From contig JAZQXE010000103.1 in NCBI GenBank assembly GCA_045632705.1, positions 381 through 64,380 on the forward strand: a stretch of DNA of 64,000 nt, in the 5' to 3' direction. The DNA is from Eubacteriales bacterium. Its GTDB lineage: Bacteria; Bacillota; Clostridia; Oscillospirales; CAG-272. Shown here piece after piece: positions 37,801 to 43,800 of the stretch. Within the stretch, counting starts at the first letter, position 1, and each line of letters begins with the position of its first letter. A model generated the notes under the pieces. It was not told where the DNA came from and searched no databases. It worked only from the letters and a program-made list of their open reading frames with translations. A program made the position numbers and the translations under genes.

Positions 37801-40800
37801 ACAAACTGTGGGTACATTCCGTGTATACAGAAAAAATCAGCGGTCCAGATGCAATTTCCAAAAACGGAAATGAGGCACCCTATCAAACCGCTGATGGTAG
37901 TAGTGTAACATATCCCGGAGAAAAAGTCAACACAAAAAACAAAAATTCGCATGCGTCTGTGACTTTGAGAGCGGATGAGGTATACAAGCAGAGGACGGAT
38001 CTTGCTGTCGGTGACAAAGTTGGCGCGGTGACACTTGTAGCGGACCTCGATACGGGCAAGCCGGTAACACCGAAACTCCGTGTGGAATTTGACCGTGAGG
38101 ATATGTCGTCGTACATTCTTGCCACAATTGAGTCGTTAGGGGACAAGGAGCTTGTCGGGGCGTTTGAGGACGAACTGGCGATACTGTTGATGGACTCGGA
38201 TGCGGACCTGCCTATGCTTGACGCTGTGGACATTCTCTCCGAGTACGTCAGAGACGGTAGTATCACACCCGAACAGGCGGCGCAGATACTGTCAAAAGAG
38301 CTCTCCGACCCCACAGGCGCCGATATCCCTACCCTCGTCGAGAGGGCGACATACGGCGACGGGGTGGGAGATTCGCTGGGTTCAAGTGCATATTCCTATG
38401 ATGCTTTGACAAAAAAGCAAGATGTTTCGGTCACAATGCTTCCATATGACATACCACGAACTGCTGAAGGAAAGATTGATAGAAAAACTATTATATCACT
38501 TGGGCGATTCAACGCTCGAAGCCAAAATAATGAAAGAAACACACCAACGGAGACTTACGTATATGTACCTGATATTGATGTTGATGTGCTTATTCGCAAA
38601 GACGGTCTTGAGCATGGATTGTCAAGGGATGATGATACGGCGCTTGCCACTATAAAAATCGGAGATTTGCTAAAAAACAGCATAGCAGTAAATGAACTGA
38701 ATGGAAGAACAAACGGGAAACGTTCAACCGATATGGCGTATGTATTGCTTTCTATTGGAGAAAACAAAAATAGTCCGTACCTTGTCAGAACTATTGTTGA
38801 CAAGACTACGAACGCTGTTATGGAAATAAGTACTTACGGGCTATATGCAATTAAGGCAAAAAAAGAAGGAGCGCTTTTTATGCCCGAAGGCAACGAGGCT
38901 GTTGGCGATAATCGCTCATATCCTTTCTTACGCTCCACTATAAGTATAGCGGATCTTTTAGAAAGTGTCAAGAACGAACCTATTGCAAACGAAATATTCT
39001 CGAATGATGTTCTCGAAAAAATTGGTGCAACCCGCACCGAAGGTACACTATCTCCCGATATCCGCTACTCGTTTGCGGAGCCCAACGGTGGCGACGGCGT
39101 GAAGTATTCGCTTGAAAATTCAAAAATCGTTCGCAATATGCCATCTTCAAAACGCTATCAAATACTCTCTAAAAAATACTTTACTGAAATTCCGTCCGTT
39201 GCAAAGTTATCTACCGGTATTTTGGAAAAAGTAAAAGATATTTCTTCGTGGGAGGATATAAATGCCTTCCAAGGTAAAGAAAAAAGAGAATTGATAATGA
39301 AAATAGCCGATGAGTTTGGAGTATTCAAAACATTAAAAAATACTGATATTGAACTGCACTTTGAGTTTTCTAAAAACAATTACAGAGAGAGCTTCAATAA
39401 GCAGAAACGACAATACGAACATTTTGCAAAAATGTTTTCTGTGTTTGATAAGGTAATAGCTCAAGCAATAGGCATAGAGGTTCACAATAAAAATGATATC
39501 GGCTACAAACCGGACCCGACGTTAGAAAATGTGTATGTTCTTCTAAGTGCATTTGAAGATGGCGATTACATCGTCCCTGTAAAGCTTGAGATAAAGGAGT
39601 TCAAGGATAAAGAGAACAAGCTTTATGTTGCCATTGCTTTGGATAAAATAAAAAAGACAGGGGTCTCGGAGCAAGGGACTACCGAAAACGGCGTTGCCCA
39701 AGACTCTCGCCCTGTCAAAATAACTATAACAGATCTAATGCAAAAAGTCAACCCGCACCAGCTTGAGATAAAGGAGTTCAACGATAAAGAAAACAAGCTT
39801 TATGTTGCCAATGCTTTGGATAAAATAAAAAAGACAGGGGTCTGGAAGCAAGGGACTACCGAAAACGGCGTTGCCCAAGACTCTCGCCCTGTCAAAATAA
39901 TTATAACAGATCTAATGAAAAAAGTCAATCCGCTCCAGACCTCGTTTACAAAATATTTTCCCAATGAAGTCCTCACAAACGAGCAAAAGCAAGTTTTGAT
40001 TGAACAGGGGATCTATAATAGTGATACCGGTATCCCCCGCTCCATCTCAGAGCCCGACGGTGGCGACGGTGTGAGGTATTCGCTTGGAGATACATCAATA
40101 GATATAAAAGATATATCTACGTATATAACAAAAAAAGAAAGCAATACAGTTACGCAAGCGCTTGATGTTAATACCTCAAGCAGTACGTCCGAAACGGAAC
40201 TTGCTTCTCCTGATATTGCTTCCGGCAAAAGAGTATCACAAAGTGAGACTGATGTCAATAGCCATTATATGCGAAATCACAAGAGGTATTCCCTTGAGGA
40301 GTATAACAAACCTATCACGGCAGCCGATGTTGATGTTTTGAAAAGTATTGACAAAATAAACGGTAAACCCAAAAGCGTCAGTCAATTTACGAGTGAAGAT
40401 ATAGAAAAGACTCAAAAATGGGCATATAAATTCTATAAGGAGATCGGAACAAAATCACCGTTTTTCCGTGCTTGGTTTGGCGATTGGAGAGAATATGACA
40501 GTTCAAAAACAACCATAGTATCTACCGAAGGAGCGTTGAGAGGAAACACCAGAAACGAAGATACGGATTGGAATATTATTATCTCGCGTCAAGTCCACAA
40601 AGAAACGACACACCATTCAAGTGAAAAAGTAAAAACAGCTGTAAGGTATTTACCATATATAGAGCAAATTACTAAAAACGCAGTTTTGTTAGATTCCTAC
40701 ATATCAGAAAAAGACAACAATTTATCTGCCATGTTTCATTCGTTTTATGCATATACCGAGATGTTTGGTTATCCTGCTTTGCTGAAATTGCAGGTCGAAG

Positions 40801-43800
40801 AATTGATAAATGAAAAAACAGGGAACGCGCTATCGAGGGATTACATTCTTCAAAACATAAAAGAAGAGCCGATCTCCAAGAGTAGACGCTTTTCAAAGGC
40901 GCATCACTCGGAAACTGACTCTTCTACTATTAGTGTATCCGATTTATTTGAACTTGTCAAGGAGAACGACAAAGATTTTCATTACCGGCCTGTAGATCCT
41001 GTGCTACTAAACAGTGACGGCACACCGAAGGTCTTCTATCACGGAGCTACGGAGGATCTTACCGCGTTTGACTCTGATCAGATCGCGTCAGACGAGGGCT
41101 CATTCTTGTTTTTCGAAAACAGAGAGGAAGCTCAAGCGTACGGAGAAAATGTTTTTGAAGTTTATCTCCAAGGAAGAAAGCTCGCCGACTACGATGATCA
41201 GCCGAGCGAATTTTACCGCTTGAATGATAAGCACTCGCAGGCCGAGTACCTAAAAGACAAGGGATATGACGGATGGTATAGAGATATGGATAGTGACGGA
41301 TGGGGTGAAGTGTCTGTTTTCTCCCCCGGACAGATAAAGTCTGCTGCCGAATTTGTTGACATTCTATATGAACTCGGTTATACTGAAAGTGAAATAGAAA
41401 ACTATAAGAAAAGAGTAGGTATAACAAATGACGAACAACGAAATGTATCTGAATTTGATAGATCAGTGGCTATTAGGCATGATAGCAGAGGACGACGAGG
41501 AACTGCGACGTCTGGACTGCCTAACAACTCACGGGGACAGGCACGCGGAGTATCAGGGAGACAAGAGCCGCTGGGTAGATCTGACACCGGAACAGAGAGA
41601 ACAGGCATACGAAAATATGATCTGGGAATAAGCTCCTCCCTCGCAGAGCCCGACGGTGGCGGTGTGGTTGAGTATTCAAACGAGGACGTAGATGTTAACA
41701 CGAACGACAAAAGTCTTTATAATAAAAACAAAGACGGAGGAATAACAAATGGCAGTCAAGACCCCGAAAGAGTGGCAGGAAGAGCGCTTTCAACCGCTCG
41801 TAGAAGCAACGACGTTTTACGGGAACAAAGTAATGATTCCGCAGGGTTATCAGTGCGCATGGGAGATGGCGGAATTGGAAGTGAAATTCTTGATGTCGAA
41901 AGGCAAGGATCCTCTGGAAGGCACGGAGAACCGGGGCGGAAGACGGTACAATCCTTATCTGGTGTACATGGAAGCGTACGAAGAACCGAATTGAACGGAT
42001 ATAACAAAGACGGAGGAATAACAAATGGCAGTCAAGACTCCGAAAGAGTGGCAGGAAGAGCGCTTTCAACCGCTCGTAGAAGCAACGACGTTTTACGGAA
42101 ACAAAGTAATGATTCCGGAAAAATGTCTGTTCGCGTGGGAAATAGCAGAAGCGGAAACCAAGGAGATGTTGTCGAAAGGTATGGATCCAGTGGATGGCTT
42201 GGAAGGTCACAGGGGCTTGCGAATAGTTCCATACAAAGTTTACTTGGAGATATTCGAGTAAAAGAGCTATCATTGATAGACAGTATAGGTCGTAGCGCAG
42301 GGGATGAGTCGGAGAACGCAGATGCGAAAACTCGTAAAAGGAAAGCGGACAACAAAGTATCGAGAGTCTACTCCCATACCGTTGCCGCGCTCTACGCGCA
42401 AGCCGAAAAGGATAACGTCGCGGAGCTTGAGGATTCTATATACTCTTACAACGTTTTGCACGAGAGAGATAGTATAAGAGCGGCAAAAACGAGGCTCGAG
42501 TCTCGGTACGAGTATGAAAAAGAGTATTTGTCACAGAAGGAATACTGGTCGGGAGAGGACCTCGACGTTGCTATGGGCATCGAGACAAGGGAGCGTCAGG
42601 CTGCAATTGAGAGCGGAGACTATAAGGAAGCTGCAAAATGGATAAAACTCATCCAGGAGCACGGAACGAGCGCGGGTAAATTCATCCAGAGCTTTGCAAA
42701 GTACACGCGCACTCCCTCGGGTATAGTTGCTCGTATCATCAACAAGCTAAAGACGGTCGAGGGGTACACGGACGACGATATTGCTCGAATATTGCCAAAG
42801 CTCACGCAATCTGCCGCCCTTCTTGAGAGCGTCAGCTATGGGGACGTTGAGGGCATAAAAAACACTATCCGTGAATTTGCAAAGACAAGAAACACCAAGA
42901 TAGGTGATAAACACTTCTATACGCGATTATCCCAGGCGCTTGACGAGGTAAATGATTTTGAATTTTTAAACAAGCTCGCCACCGCTCAGCTTGAGAATAT
43001 GGCTACAGACAACATGGAGCCGAGTGTGTTTAAAAAGTTAAGTTCATTTCAGACTATGGCACAGCTGTTGACGCTAAAGACTTACGAGAGAAACGTAGTG
43101 TCGAATGCGGCAATGGAGGTTATGGAGGCACTCGCCACGAATAATCTCGGATACGTTGTTGACCGCGTGATAGGTACCTTTACAAAGGTAAATACGGTAG
43201 GTCTTCAGAGTACGAGATGGAAAAAGACGGCACGAGCAGCCGCCGCAGAGGGAAGATACCGCGCTACACTTGAGGTAGGACTTGATGCGAGAGTCAGAGA
43301 TTCCTACGACGATATAGTCGGCGGCGGGGAGCGCAACCGAAAGAAAACGAACGAAAAGTATTACAATACCTATAAAAGAACGTGGAGCGCCGCAAGCGGT
43401 AATCCTCTCATACGCGGACTTTCTACGGCAGAAAAACTGCTTGGATATTCGCTTAACGTAACCGATGCAAAGCATAAGGCGGGAGTAGAGAAAGAGGTCT
43501 ACGACAGCTTGAGCTTTGCCGTTGAAAAGGGCTATATCAGCGACTCGGAGGCGAGGCGCATCGCAAAGTCGGAGGCGGAGTACAGAGCTTTTCAAAACTC
43601 CAACGTCGTAAGCGATATGCTCTACGATCTCAAACAAAGTGCAAACAGGATAGGTACAAAGGACTTCGGACTTGGAGATCTGGTGCAGAAATATACGCAG
43701 GTGCCGGGTGCGCTCATATCCAGAGTCATTGAATATTCACCCGTCGGGTACGCGAAAGCCGTATATAACTTTATAGAGCTATGCAGGGCGGGGGCGAATG

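Larger units (their letters stand above)
41725..42270 (+). repeat. 276-bp (92-codon) tandem duplication carrying nested ORFs 2 and 3
   Basis: The first ~125 nt of each unit are nearly identical, including GGAGGAATAACAAATGGCAGTCAAGAC. The rest has diverged. Confidence 0.85.

Noticed and set aside
41695-42273. 192-aa minus-strand ORF inside the giant gene
   Set aside because: It is codon-for-codon antisense to the nested +1-frame ORFs, with an F/R/L/C-rich junk-like translation and no SD. Its length reflects the stop-poor, purine-rich composition of the sense strand.
32900-42300. Possibility that the many direct repeats represent a CRISPR array, satellite or non-coding tandem repeats
   Set aside because: The repeats are long (75-450 bp), of unequal length and spacing, lie in one continuous reading frame, and encode recognisable duplicated protein modules. 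No short regular repeat-spacer pattern is present anywhere in the window.
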